DNA of 64,000 nt from Eledone cirrhosa. Its lineage: Eukaryota. Position 1 is the first letter of the stretch. Every line of letters starts with the position of its first letter. The notes under the pieces were generated by a model, which was not told the origin of the DNA, searched no databases, and was given only the letters and a program-made list of their open reading frames with translations. Made by a program: the position numbers and the translations under genes. Positions 1 to 11,658 of this stretch are shown here, piece by piece. The DNA lies in the NCBI GenBank assembly GCA_964016885.1, contig OZ024744.1:65038001-65102000 (forward strand). Reading direction: 5' to 3'.

Positions 1-1080
1 GCCTCAAAGAAACGTTTCTTACCAGGTTCTTGGTTATGCTAGCAGGATGGTTAGAATGCTTACTTATGTAATTAAGCGTATCATTCGGCTTTCTATACGG
101 GTAGTGCAAGCCATTCGACAGATTGAGGGTAACGTCGAGGTAATTAACGACCGAGAGGTTAGCTTCAACCTGTATGGAGAGGTTGAAGCCTTTAAAGAAG
201 GCTGTGAGTTCTTTTCTGAACCTGTCGCAAGCACGTGGGCCGCACTTTGTCATGGTCAAAAGACCATCGTCATGGTACAAACCACCCCCTACATTGGGGA
301 ATTCTTCCTTGATAGAGAAAAGAAGGAAAAGGCTGATAAGATCCGTAACCTCCGCAGAATCGCTGGCGCCCATACTCGCATCGAATGGGGTACTATTAGA
401 TTTTTTAATCCAAATATAATTGTCGAAATTAATCACCGACTTACAGGCATTGAGGATGACATCAACTTCAAAATCCTTAACCACTGTGAGTGTTTTAGCA
501 AAATTGATAGCTCTGAGAAGAAGTGGTAAAGTGATGGAGGAGTAGTAATTATTGATGTCGAATTGGTTAAAATGGCAATATTCCTTGTTGCATATGCCGT
601 TGAACCAATCAATCACCGTGTAAGAATTGTTTCACAGTGCAAGAGGGGCCAAACTTCTAATTTCAGGTATAATTCTATTTAAAATCCTTTTACTAAGTCT
701 ACCTAATCGGACTTCGTAGGGTTAATAAGCCGAATAGAGGGGTTGTTCGGGAAGTTGGATTTGTGATCCTTCAGGGTAAAGTGGGGAGAAATAGGGTCCA
801 GAGGTTCAGTTCGGTCCAGGATGTTGAGATCAGAGGTGATTTAAAACCCAGCATCATTGATTTCATTAATGACGCTCCGATTGGTTTTCCGGTAATCCTT
901 AGTTACAGCATTATGTAGCAGTTGATGGTAAGTACTGCGCTCCACTTGATATAGATCGGCAGTTTTGTCAGAGTGGACATGCACAGCATTAGAATCCTTA
1001 ATAGAACGAATTCTATTCTTCAGGTCCTGCTGGAAGGAATGCTCCTTCCGAAATTTGATACTGGAACTGATACGGAGTAT
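1..1080 (-). mobile_element. Penelope-like element (PLE) reverse transcriptase, decayed; motifs resemble the Naiad clade; runs off the left window edge
   Basis: Manual minus-strand translation: SDKTADLYQ..YHQLLHNAVTKDYRK, TLKDHKSNFPNNPSIRLINPTKSD, VIDWF..FNQFDINNYY, FDASMGASDSAEV, GLYHDDGL, VNYLDVTLNL, YRKPND..Y..SNHP. Contains a TGA at 632-634, a frameshift near 705 and another stop, so it is a pseudogene. Confidence 0.88.
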
Positions 1081-1104
1081 ATATATTAATAAAAATAGTA
1101 ATAA

Positions 1105-1298
1105 TAATAAGTGTGAAGACTAAATTCCAAAGAGGGTTCGATAAGGATAAATATATATCAAATATATAAGAACCCTAGAGCAAATATTTATTAAAATAAC
1201 AGATTAAAGTTAAAGCAAAGAATCGCTGCTTTCACCCTTAATGGGTGAAAGAAGCAGCGATTCTTTGCTTAAACTTTAATCTGTTATTTTAATAAATA

Positions 1299-1299
<1 letters not shown>
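1105..1299. mobile_element. Asymmetric fold-back element (PLE pLTR-like), same family as 10135-10345 and 15355-15450
   Basis: Inverted repeat 1184-1299 (AATAACAGATTAAAGTTAAAGCAAAGAATCGCTGCTTTC and its complement) plus an unpaired extension 1105-1183; TA tracts on both sides. Confidence 0.7.
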
Positions 1300-1329
<30 letters not shown>

Positions 1330-1828
1330 AATATATATATTGCAAGGTTTTTGATATGAAATCGTGTGTTGAAACAAATATTGTTATACTTGGGGAGGGT
1401 CATATTGTTGTAATATTGTATGTATGTATGCATGTAAATATGTATGTATATATTATATCATCTTGGTTAAGAGAGTGGGACTGGCTTTGTGCAGTGCCTT
1501 TGCTCACTATAAAAGCTTCACGGCACAGGCATTGCTTTATATCTGGAGATCTCTCTGCACTTGTCATTACATGGTACCATGGGCCCAGCACTATGTGTCA
1601 ATAATTGTCACAAGTCTAGTGTTTGTACCAGAGTTTTCAAGCCGCTGGCTGGACTAAAAAGTCACACTCGTTCAGCACATCGGTAGGGGTTCTCCTACAT
1701 GGATATAAAGTAGTGGCCGTACTCGAAAACGAGTTGGCAGCCACCATATATTATATATGTCTGTATATATATCTATATATTCATATATAAACACATATAT
1801 ATTTACATATATGCATATATATACATAG

Positions 1829-1974
<146 letters not shown>

Positions 1975-1989
1975 ATAAATATATATAAC

Positions 1990-2167
1990 AAAGGAAGTGT
2001 GGTAAGGAACCAGATGGACTTAACGCACCAGAGTACTCAATACTTAGGGTAGTAGAGTGGGTAATAGGAAAATATTTAACTCCGACGACAGAGCTCAAAC
2101 AGTTTCAACGGGTATTTAGCCGTGCAAACGACTTCAGCCCTGCCGTCGGGGTTAAACATTTTCCTAT
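1990..2167 (-). mobile_element. Asymmetric fold-back PLE-end fragment, related to 13714-13900
   Basis: Imperfect inverted repeat 2064-2167; extension carries (minus strand) TATTACCCACTCTAC..GTATTGAGTACTCTGG, closely matched at 13823-13861 (+). Confidence 0.6.
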
Positions 2168-2321
2168 ATATATATATTTTTTTATTTCATTTTACGTCCG
2201 CTTTTTCCCTGCTTGCAAGGGTGGGACGGGAACTGATTTTGGCTTGATTTCTACAGCTGGATGCCCTTCATAACACCAACCTCATTTACAGTGATATATA
2301 TTCATATATATATATATATAC

Positions 2322-2730
2322 GTGATATATATATTAGTAAAAGGAAAAGAAAATGCTGACAAATTTTTTCCAGTGAAAAATAGTTTAATTAGGAATAAGT
2401 ATTGGTTAGTATTCAGTTTTAGTTTTAAGATTTTACCGGTTGTGCATTTCTAATGCTTTTCAAAAATAATTTTGAGATAGAGCGCTCGTGATGTTTGCTC
2501 TATATAAACAGATTAGAGCAAACATCACGAGCGCTCTATCTCAAAATTATTTTTGAAAAGCATTAGAAATGCACAACCGGTAAAATCTTAAAACTAAAAC
2601 TGAATACTAACCAATACTTATTACTAATTTATACTTATTCCTAATTAAACTATTTTTCACTGGGAAAAATTTGTTAGCATTTTCTTTTCCTTTTACTAAT
2701 ATATCACAACTCGTGTGTTACACCTCTATT
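2322..2730. repeat. Long palindrome (~175-bp arms, 11-nt loop at 2503-2513) in TA tracts
   Basis: Arms are complementary except for a few substitutions and a ~17-bp duplication in the right arm; short unpaired extension on the right; contains GAAATGCACA resembling a hammerhead 3' half. Confidence 0.9.
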
Positions 2731-2922
2731 TTTTTAAATATATATATATATATATATATATGCATGTTAAAGATATATGTAGGGAAAAAGAATCATATAT
2801 TGTTTGAGTAACTCATAGTATTTTATCTGACAACACCTCATTGGGAATGTCCAGCTGACCATTCCTGTCTTCACACACCCATACCTACACATGCACGCAC
2901 ATACACATGTGCACATAAATAC

Positions 2923-2953
<31 letters not shown>

Positions 2954-3108
2954 CACATACACAGACACTCAAGTACCCTGACTATGTACTCAAACACTTA
3001 CATAGGTACACATCCACGAAAAAAAATAGGGCCAATATTTATATATATATATATATATATACCCAATATCTCACAGATCACAACAAACACTGTAGTTATA
3101 ATTGAATG

Positions 3109-3200
3109 ACCTGTCTGATGAGCAGAATGGTAATGGAGTCGGGTTCATAATTTCTATGGGTGACCTTGAGACAATCCCCTGTGAAATGCACATAACAGGT
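3109..3200 (+). ncRNA. Type I hammerhead ribozyme motif with long loop II
   Basis: ACCTGT-CTGATGA-GCAG(~55 nt)CTGT-GAAA-TGCACA-TA-ACAGGT; stem I ACCTGT/ACAGGT. Homolog on the minus strand at 41571-41661. Confidence 0.75.
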
Positions 3201-3309
3201 TGATACAAAGTAAAAAATTAAATACATGTAAACAAAACTATATCGTTTTTCTTAATATATATATATACTATATAATATACAAACATACATATATATATAT
3301 ATGTATGTA

Positions 3310-3590
3310 TGAAACTGTGTTTAAGAGGGATAAGTTGTAGTGTGCGGGAGAGAAGACTGCGATGGTAAGGACATGTGATGAGCATGGAGGATGACCGCTG
3401 GGTAAAGAAGTGCCAAGAAATGCCAGTTGAAGGAAGACGCACTAGAGGAAGACCACGAAAAACATGGGCGGAGGTGGTAAGAGCAGACCTCAGATCACTG
3501 AAGCTCATGGAGGAGATGATGAAGCTGTGCTGAATAGGACCTGCCCCACCCTTGCAAGCAGGGAAAAGCAGACATAAAATGATGATGATA
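3310..3590 (+). mobile_element. RTE LINE 3' end fragment
   Basis: RERRLRW*GHVMSMEDDRWVKKCQEMPVEGRR..GRPRKTWAEVV followed by the CCCACCCTTGCAAGCAGGGAAAAG tail and (GAT)n; matches 33058-33350 and 40015-40362. Confidence 0.9.
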
Positions 3591-3684
3591 TATATATATA
3601 GTGGTAGAACACTGGAAGGTAATATCCGTAGTGGTAGAGCACTCAGTCCATGGGACGAGTTAGGTAGAAGTGGTTACACATTAT

Positions 3685-3720
3685 GAGCTGAGGATTCGCT
3701 AAGGTGAAACAATTGTTCTC
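3685..3720 (+). ncRNA. Minimal type I hammerhead motif inside fold-back element 3600-3753
   Basis: GAG-CTGAGGA-TTCGCTAAGGT-GAAA-CAATTG-TT-CTC; stem II is weak; flanked by the inverted repeat AAGTGGTTACACA/TGTGTAACCACTT. Confidence 0.6.
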
Positions 3721-3780
3721 GGTATGGTGAACTAACTGTTGTGTAACCACTTATATATATATATATATATTTAGATATAT

Positions 3781-4168
3781 AATAATTGTTTCTACTTTTG
3801 GCACAAGGCCAGCAATTACCCCAGTACATTACTGGTACTTCATTTTATCGACCCTGTAAGGATGAAAGGCAAAGTTAACCTCGGCGGGATTTGAACTCAG
3901 ATCATAAAGGGCCGTAACTCTATGCTGCAAAGCATGGCGTCCGACCCCCTACCGATACTGCCAATCAACATATAATAATAATAATAAAAATAATAATTGT
4001 TTCTACTTTTGGCACAAGGCCAGCAATTACCCAGTGTATTACTGGTGCTTTATTTTATCAACCCCATAAGGATGAAAGGTAAAGTTAACCATGGCGGGAT
4101 TTGAACCGTAAAGGGGCATAACTCTATGCTACAAAGCATAGCGTCTGACCCTCTACCGATACTGCCAA
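3781..4168 (-). mobile_element. Two tandem tRNA-derived SINEs with a Deu/Nin-like central domain; other copies at 7775-7985(+), 12083-12275, 12505-12722, 14492-14605, 24078-24200(+), 37305-37430
   Basis: B-box GAGTTCAAATCCC, conserved GCCGAGGTTAACTTTGCCTTTCATCC..GGGTCGATAAAATRAAGTACCAG, 3' tail GGCCTTGTGCCAAAAGTAGAAACAATTATT. The 14492 copy is flanked by the direct repeat TAATATCAATAAT (putative TSD). Confidence 0.85.
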
Positions 4169-4204
4169 TGATAATAAAAAGGCCGTTTTGTTCATTATGT
4201 TTAT

Positions 4205-4300
4205 TTAGTAGTGACACGCGTTTCACTATTGATCAGCTCAAGGTTGTATCAGTATCGATCTAGCCCACCTCTGGAATCAAGAGCTTGTCGGACTTCTATT
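4205..4300 (-). ncRNA. Degenerate hammerhead in a PLE terminal-repeat family; other copies at ~14655-14742 and ~23500-23588
   Basis: Minus strand: AGT-CCGACAA-GCT..ACCTTGAGCTGATC..AGT-GAAA-CGCGTG-TC-ACT; the core is mutated in all three copies. Confidence 0.45.
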
Positions 4301-4623
4301 GTGGTAATGACAGAAAGGACCTCTTAGGGCTTTGAAATAGTATATAATGATTCACATTCATTTATGGTGGTCATTTTAAGTTTGTTATGATTAGTTGCCT
4401 TGTTAGAAGGAATGTTTGGAAATGTGTGATATGTTACAATCCCTATATACATATATATCAGTGGGCCAAAAGTAACTTTTTTTTTTTACCTATTTTTATT
4501 AATAAAACATTAACCAAAAACTAATTTTTTTACCTTTAAATTAAATTTCAATAATTGGATCTTGTTTTTATTCAACTTTGATTTTAAAGAAAAAAAAATT
4601 CTAATAATAAAAAAATGATGTAT

Positions 4624-4689
<66 letters not shown>

Positions 4690-4695
<6 letters not shown>

Positions 4696-5118
4696 AGATC
4701 AAAAGATGGTTAAAGGAGTTCCATGTATTTTATTATGCGCATTTCAAAAACAAACATCATCATGCAATAATATTTGTGTTTTCATCAGATAAAACAGGAG
4801 AACATGATATGAAGGCTAAAAAACACTTGTGGATAGTGCAGTTTTAAATCAACATATGATATGTTGATTTAAAACTGCACTATCCACAAGTGTTTTTTAG
4901 CCTTCATATCATGTTCTCCTGTTTTATCTGATGAAAACACAAATATTATTGCATGATGATGTTTGTTTTTGAAATGCGCATAATAAAATACATGGAACTC
5001 CTTTAACCATCTTTTGATCTTATATTATGTATACTCCAGTCCTACAAACTGTAGAGTGCTTCTTATCCGATATCTGCATTGCTTTATTGTACTACAATAA
5101 AACTCACCTCCTACATTA
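4690..5118. mobile_element. Near-perfect palindrome (~168-bp arms, single G at 4858) with ~90-nt right extension; contains mirror-image hammerheads
   Basis: 4690-4857 is the reverse complement of 4859-5026; extension carries TAGAGTGCTTC; TA tracts on both sides. Confidence 0.92.
4921..4989 (+). ncRNA. Minimal type I hammerhead ribozyme motif (mirror copy on the minus strand at ~4727-4795)
   Basis: TTTTAT-CTGATGA-AAAC..GTTTTT-GAAA-TGCGCA-TA-ATAAAA; palindromic stem III ATGCGCAT. Confidence 0.8.
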
Positions 5119-5854
5119 TATATATATATATACACTTTGAATTTGCCCGCCAACAACCTGGATGTTATTTCCCTTGTTGGGGAATAAGCACGTGACAGCA
5201 AAAAAGTGTCTGCTACTACTATTGGCTTACTGTTACACTTCACACCAGATTTAGGCACAGAAAGGAAACCTGTTGATAACGTGAGTCTGTGTTTCAGTCT
5301 TCAAATACCACAAACTTGTATATTGTGCAAGTACAATTGTTGATTTGGGATTTAAACCTATTGGGGATATTGCATAATACCCCTCGATACGGTCCAGGTT
5401 TGTTATTTAATCTGATTGTATTTTCGTTGTTTTGGTGAATTATGTGGCTATGTCCCCTAGCTGCAGTTTTCAATTTGTCATGCTATCTAATATATGTTAA
5501 TTACTCTAGGGTGTATCCTATCAATTTATCGATACATTCTTATTGAGTGCTTCATGCAAACCTAATTGTTACTTCGTGGGTTTGGCCACCAGCATAACTT
5601 TCATTTTACTAATCTTCCACTTGTACATATATATATATATGCGTGAGTGTGTACATGTGTGTGTGTACATGTGTAATGTGGAAGTTGAGAATATTTGTTA
5701 ATAGTTTGACTTTTCTATGCATTACCAAGACAGATTCAGGGGAGTGAATATCTCCAATTCTTTCAGCTTGCTTCCAGATAAGTAAAATGAAAATGAGGTA
5801 CATAAGAGATAAGGGCTGCTTGATGGTGTCAGTTGCATTGACTATATTAGTAAA

Positions 5855-6137
5855 GGCATGTGGCTTTGTGGTAAGGTATTTGGCTCACAATCATGAGGTT
5901 GTAAGTTTGATTCCTGTCGGAGTATTGTGAGCAAGACACTTTATTTCATGTTGCTCCAGTCCACTCAGTTGTACCTGTAATTCAAAGGGCTAGCCTTGTC
6001 ATGTTTGGTGTCATGCTGAACCTCCCAGAGAACTACGTTAAGGGTACGCGTGCCTGTGGAATGCTCAGCCACTTGCATGATTTTATGAGAAGGCTGTTCC
6101 ATTGATGAGATCAATTGGAACCGATGGAGTGCCATCA
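5855..6137 (+). mobile_element. tRNA-derived SINE with CORE-like domain, old copy
   Basis: GGCATGTGGCTTTGTGGTAAGG head, degenerate B-box, GAGCAAGACACTTTATTTCATGTTGCTCC domain. Confidence 0.75.
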
Positions 6138-6307
6138 ATTAGTAGTCATATTAGATCAGCAAGTAAATGACATGACATCAATGGACAGATGATTGTAAGG
6201 AGTTGTTTGGGTTTCTGATGTCACTGCAGAAAGATTTTGGTGTCTCCACCATTGTTGTGGGATTGTTGGCAATGCCGGATTTAGGACAAATGAGACCCTG
6301 TGCTTAA

Positions 6308-6528
6308 CCCTTTAGCATTTACAATATTGTATATTTACTATTGTATTTTCACAGTAAAGGCTTTACCTCACATAATTATCTCATGTAACATTGAAGCTAC
6401 AAGATTTTGATGTTATTTATTTTGAGAACCATACCTTAAGGTAGATATGAGTCGCCAGTTACAGCCGGTTTAAACAGAAAGAGGTGAGAGAATTCTGTCT
6501 GGATATGACCAGTTTAAATGCTAAAGCG
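6308..6528. mobile_element. piggyBac-type MITE; other copies at 6918-7115 and 32259-32479
   Basis: TTAA-CCCTTTAGCATTT ... AAATGCTAAAG(C/G)G-TTAA; shared internal sequence among the three copies. Confidence 0.85.
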
Positions 6529-8008
6529 TTAAGCTCACCTAAGCACAATGGTAAATCCAGCACTGATTGTTGGTATAAGGTTAAATTCAGGTGTTTATTT
6601 TGTGTTTCGATGTTGCTGATCATTGATATGTGCGTCCTTTTTGGTTTACATATTAGTCTGAGGCTAAGAGTCATCTGCCCTGCACATGCCCAAGGCCAGA
6701 TGGGGGCTAAAGAGGCATGGGTGGAGGTGTGGTGGGGTATGGGGTAAGGTGGGTTTTGTTGAATATCTAGAACCAATGACTTGAATTTGGCATTTCTCCA
6801 GCAACAGCAACAAAATGGTAAACTAAGTTTCCTGTTGATGGATACTGTTAGTCGCTGTAATATGTGCAACCTCCTATGGAGCAAAGTTGGCAGTTGCAAC
6901 CCCTAGGCTTTATTTCACCCTTTAGCATTTACATTACTGTGAAAATACAATAGTAAATATAGAGTAAACACTTTATTTCACATAATTATCTCACATAGTA
7001 TCGAATCTATGAGATTTTGATATTATATATTTTGAGAACAATGCCTTAACATCAGTTTAAACAGAAAAGGGTGAGAGAATTCTGTCTGGATACGGCTGGT
7101 TTAAATGCTAAAGAGTTATCTGCTATTTGATGTTGCTGAAAATTGATATATATATATATATGTGTCCTTTTTGGTATACATGCTAGTTTGAGCTAAGGAA
7201 AGGGTGGGGGTATTTGTTGAATATCCAGAACCAGGAGCTTGAATTTGGCCTACAAGGCATTTCTACAGCAAGAGCAACAGTAGCAAAATGTTAAACTAAT
7301 TTTCCTGTTGCTGGATACTGTTGGTTGCTGTAATATGGAGAAAAGTTGGCAGTTGTAACCCTCCCCTAGACTCCATTAGAAGATATAACGTCTTTAAATG
7401 ACTAAAGGATCTCCGTAAGTTAGAAGTAGCACTTTTAATGGCAATTGTTTTGATTCAGGTTAGATTTAATCTTTTTCTCTGACTTAAATAAAGGGCACAT
7501 GCACCCACTGCCAAAAAGAAAGAAAAAAAAAAGACAAAATCAGACAGAACTAATTAACTAATTCCATGAAAAGGAAGTATATAACATTCCTTGATAATTG
7601 TGTGCCTGGGTGTGTAAACTAATAATAATAATCATCATCACTATCATCATCACCTCCATCACCACCACCGCCACCACCAACATCATCACCCCCTTACAAC
7701 ACCATCATCATCATCACCATCATCCTCATTGTCATCACCATCATCATCATCACCACCACCACTAACAGTATCTGTAGAGTGTCAGACACTTCACAACATA
7801 AAGTTACGGTCCTTTTAAGTTCGGGGTTCAAATCCTGCCGAGGTTAACTTTGCCTTTCATCCCTATGGGGTCGATAAAATAAAGTACCAGTAATACACTG
7901 GGGTCGATTTAATCAACTTTTTCCCCCTCCCACTCCCCCAAAATTGCTGGCCTTGTACCTAAAGTAGAAACAATTATTATTATTCAGGCATTATGTCAAC
8001 TCTTCAAA

Positions 8009-8212
8009 TTGCTTGAGACATTGAAAATCACCATCCTCAATTCCTTGCAAGCAATAGGGAAGGTGTCCAAGCTGGACCAATGGGTACTCCACAATCTGAC
8101 TGACCGTAATCATAAATGTCAGGTGGCAGCTGCGACTTCTTTGCTCTCCTACCATCACACAACCAACAGGTTATGTTCCTTTGTCACTGGTGATTAAAAA
8201 TGGTGTCTCTAT
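8009..8212 (+). pseudogene. mariner transposase fragment
   Basis: TILNSLQAIGKVSKLDQWVLHNL..FVTGD*KWCLY resembles the mariner WVPHEL and IVTGDEKW motifs. Confidence 0.8.
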
Positions 8213-8364
8213 CCTCATCACCATTATCTCCATTTTATGTCTATTTTTCTATGCTAGCATGGGTCAGACAAGTTATCCTGTTGTGAGCAATGCCAGGTAA
8301 GGTGACCTTGACCTGCTCATACAGAACTTTTTCTACAGCTGGCTGCCCTTCCTAACACCAACGA

Positions 8365-9625
8365 CATTTACAGTGAATACTGGGTGCTTTTTGTCATGAC
8401 ACCTACATGAGCACATTACAGTGTGGGCTGGGCACTTTTTGTTGTGTTGCCATCACAACCACTTTACAGTGTGGGCTGGGTGCTTTTTGTCATGACACCT
8501 ACACGAGCACTTTACAGTGTGGGCTGGGTGCTCTTTGTTGTGTTGCCATCATGACCACTTTACAGTGTGGGCTGGGTGCTTTTTGTTGTGTCGCCATCAT
8601 GACCACTTTACAGTGTGGGCAGGGTGCTTTTTGTCATGACACCTACATGATCACTTTACAGTGTGGGCTGGGCACTTTTTATCGTGTTGCCATCATGACC
8701 ACTTTACAGTGTGGGCTGGGCACTTTTTGTCGTGTTGCCATCATGACCACTTTACAGTGTGGGCTGGGTGCTTTTTGTCGTGTCGCCATCATGTCCACTT
8801 TACAGTGTGGGCTGGGTGCTTTTTGTTGTGTTGCCATCATGCCCACTTTACAGTGTAGGCTGGGTGCTTTTTGTTGTGTCGCCATCATGACCACTTTACA
8901 GTGTGGGCAGGGTGCTTTTTGTCATGACACCTACATGATCACTTTACAGTGTGGGCTGGGCACTTTTTATCGTGTTGCCATCATGCCTACTTTACAGTGT
9001 GGGCTGGGTGCTTTTTGTTGTGTTGCCATCATGCCTACTTTACAGTGTGGGCTGGGTGCTTTTTGTTGTGTTGCCATCATGCCTACTTTACAGTGTGGGC
9101 TGGGTGCTTTTTGTTGTGTTGCCATCATGCCTACTTTACAGTGTGGGCTGGGTGCTTTTTGTTGTGTTGCCATCATGCCTACTTTACAGTGTGGGCTGGG
9201 TGCTTTTTGTTGTGTTGCCATCATGCCTACTTTACAGTGTGGGCTGGGTGCTTTTTGTTGTGTTGCCATCATGCCTACTTTACAGTGTGGGCTGGGTGCT
9301 TTTTGTTGTGTTGCCATCATGCCTACTTTACAGTGTGGGCTGGGTGCTTTTGGTTGTGTTGCCATTATGCCTACTTTACAGTGTGGGCTGGGTGCTTTTT
9401 GTTGTGTTGCCATCATGCCTACTTTACAGTGTGGGCTGGGTGCTTTTGGTTGTGTTGCCATCATGCCCACTTTACAGTGTGGGCTGGGCACTTTTTGTCA
9501 TGTTGCCATCATGACCACTTTACAGTGTGGGCTGGGCACTTTTTGTCATGTTGCCATCATGACCACTTTACAGTGTGGGCTGGGCGCTTTTTGTCGTGTC
9601 GCCATCATGACCTCTTTACAGTGTG
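8365..9625. repeat. 48-bp minisatellite (~26 units) amplified inside a SINE
   Basis: Unit ACTTTACAGTGTGGGCTGGGTGCTTTTTGTTGTGTTGCCATCATGCCT; begins directly after the SINE tail and CCCTTCCTAACACCAAC domain at 8220-8365. Confidence 0.95.
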
Positions 9626-10134
9626 AGTGGGGGGCTTCACTGGATGTATACTTCAGCTTGTCCTCATGGGAGATGTATGGATGAAGTGGGGTGATGTGGA
9701 GCATACTATATATATGCTGCAGTCTCGACCTGTGCCTGTGGGAAGTCTGGTCTTCTGTAATGCTGCGTAATGCCAGAGATCCCTATATCAACAACAAAAT
9801 CATCCAGGGTTTCATTGATTCTTTCATCCTCCAGATGGTTGAAAATAGAGTGCTGAATTTTCTGGTGATGCACTACCTCTGAAACTATATTTGAAGATGT
9901 CGATTCTAACTGTAGCTATTTTGTACTTTCTGTAGTGGGTGTGGTTGGTGTTAGGAAGGGCATCCCACAACTGTAAAAACCCATGCAAAATACAGTCACG
10001 CTATGAGCAAGGTAATGGCGCAGCCTTTGTCTGAAATGTGGATGACATGTCTAACCCATGCAAGTGTGGAAAAATAAATGTTAAGTGGTGATGATGATGA
10101 TGATGATGATGATGAAATATATATATATATATAT

Positions 10135-10345
10135 GTTATAAGAACAGATTAAAGATTAAGCAAAGAATCGCTACTTTCATCCCCTAACGGGATCTTTTGA
10201 AACTGAATCTCAGAAGATCCCGTTAGGGGGTGAAAGTAGCGATTCTTTGCTTAAACTTCAATGTGTTCTTATAATAAATATTTGCTCTACGGGTTTTTAT
10301 ATATAATCCTTATTGAGCCTTCTTTGGATTTAAGTCTTCACATTT
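10135..10345 (+). mobile_element. Asymmetric fold-back element with non-canonical hammerhead-like centre
   Basis: Inverted repeat 10136-10274 centred near 10205; right extension matches the reverse complement of 1105-1190. Confidence 0.7.
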
Positions 10346-10374
10346 ATTATTACTATATATATATATATATATAT

Positions 10375-10708
<334 letters not shown>

Positions 10709-10783
10709 CTATGTATGTATGTATGAATATATGTATGTATGCATGTATATATGTGTGTGTCTATATATGTGTATATATATATG

Positions 10784-10817
<34 letters not shown>

Positions 10818-10838
10818 CATATATACATGCATACATGC

Positions 10839-10906
<68 letters not shown>

Positions 10907-10920
10907 GTATATATATGTAT

Positions 10921-11256
10921 CATTTCATTTCATTTTACGTCCGCTTTTTCCCTGCTTGCAAGGGTGGGACGGGAACTGATTCTGGCTCGATTTCTACAGC
11001 TGGATGCCCTTCCTAACACCAACCTCATTTACAGTGAGTGCTGGGTGCTTTTTTGCCGTGGCACCTCCACGACCACTTTGCAGTGGAATGATAGGGGCCC
11101 CAGTCCCTATCATCTCATTTCTACAGCTGAGTAAACTGGAGCAATGTGAAATAAAGTGTCTTGCTCAAGGAAACAACACATCACCCGGTCTGAGAATTGA
11201 ACTCACAACCTTTCGATTGCAAGACCAATGCTCTAACCACTAAGCCATGTGCCTCC
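10921..11256 (-). mobile_element. Full-length tRNA-derived SINE (tRNA head, CORE-like domain, cephalopod-type GGTGTTAGGAAGGGCATCCAGC domain, RTE tail); copies at 13388-13712, 17821-18159, 23771-24068, truncated 2183-2294
   Basis: A-box TGGCTTAGTGG, B-box GAGTTCAATTC, four highly similar copies, 3' end CCCACCCTTGCAAGCAGGGAAAA..GGACGTAAAATGA shared with the RTE LINE. Confidence 0.92.
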
Positions 11257-11278
11257 ATATATATATATATATATATGG

Positions 11279-11309
<31 letters not shown>

Positions 11310-11311
11310 TC

Positions 11312-11604
<293 letters not shown>

Positions 11605-11609
11605 TACAC

Positions 11610-11658
<49 letters not shown>

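Noticed and set aside
47-529. 160-aa plus-strand ORF
   Set aside because: Antisense shadow of the PLE RT on the minus strand.
632-634. In-frame TGA as selenocysteine
   Set aside because: It falls at an expected Trp position in a copy that also has a frameshift and another stop.
1630-1700. Additional hammerhead candidates (also 23060-23105, 45460-45500, 47260-47345)
   Set aside because: Cores and stems too degenerate to support.
8407-9684. Cys-rich 425-aa ORF (TLQCGLGAFCCVAIMP repeats)
   Set aside because: 48-bp SINE-derived minisatellite open in several frames on both strands.
11170-11256. Functional tRNA genes at SINE heads (also 15590-15671, 18075-18159)
   Set aside because: Continuous with SINE bodies and lacking a convincing acceptor stem.
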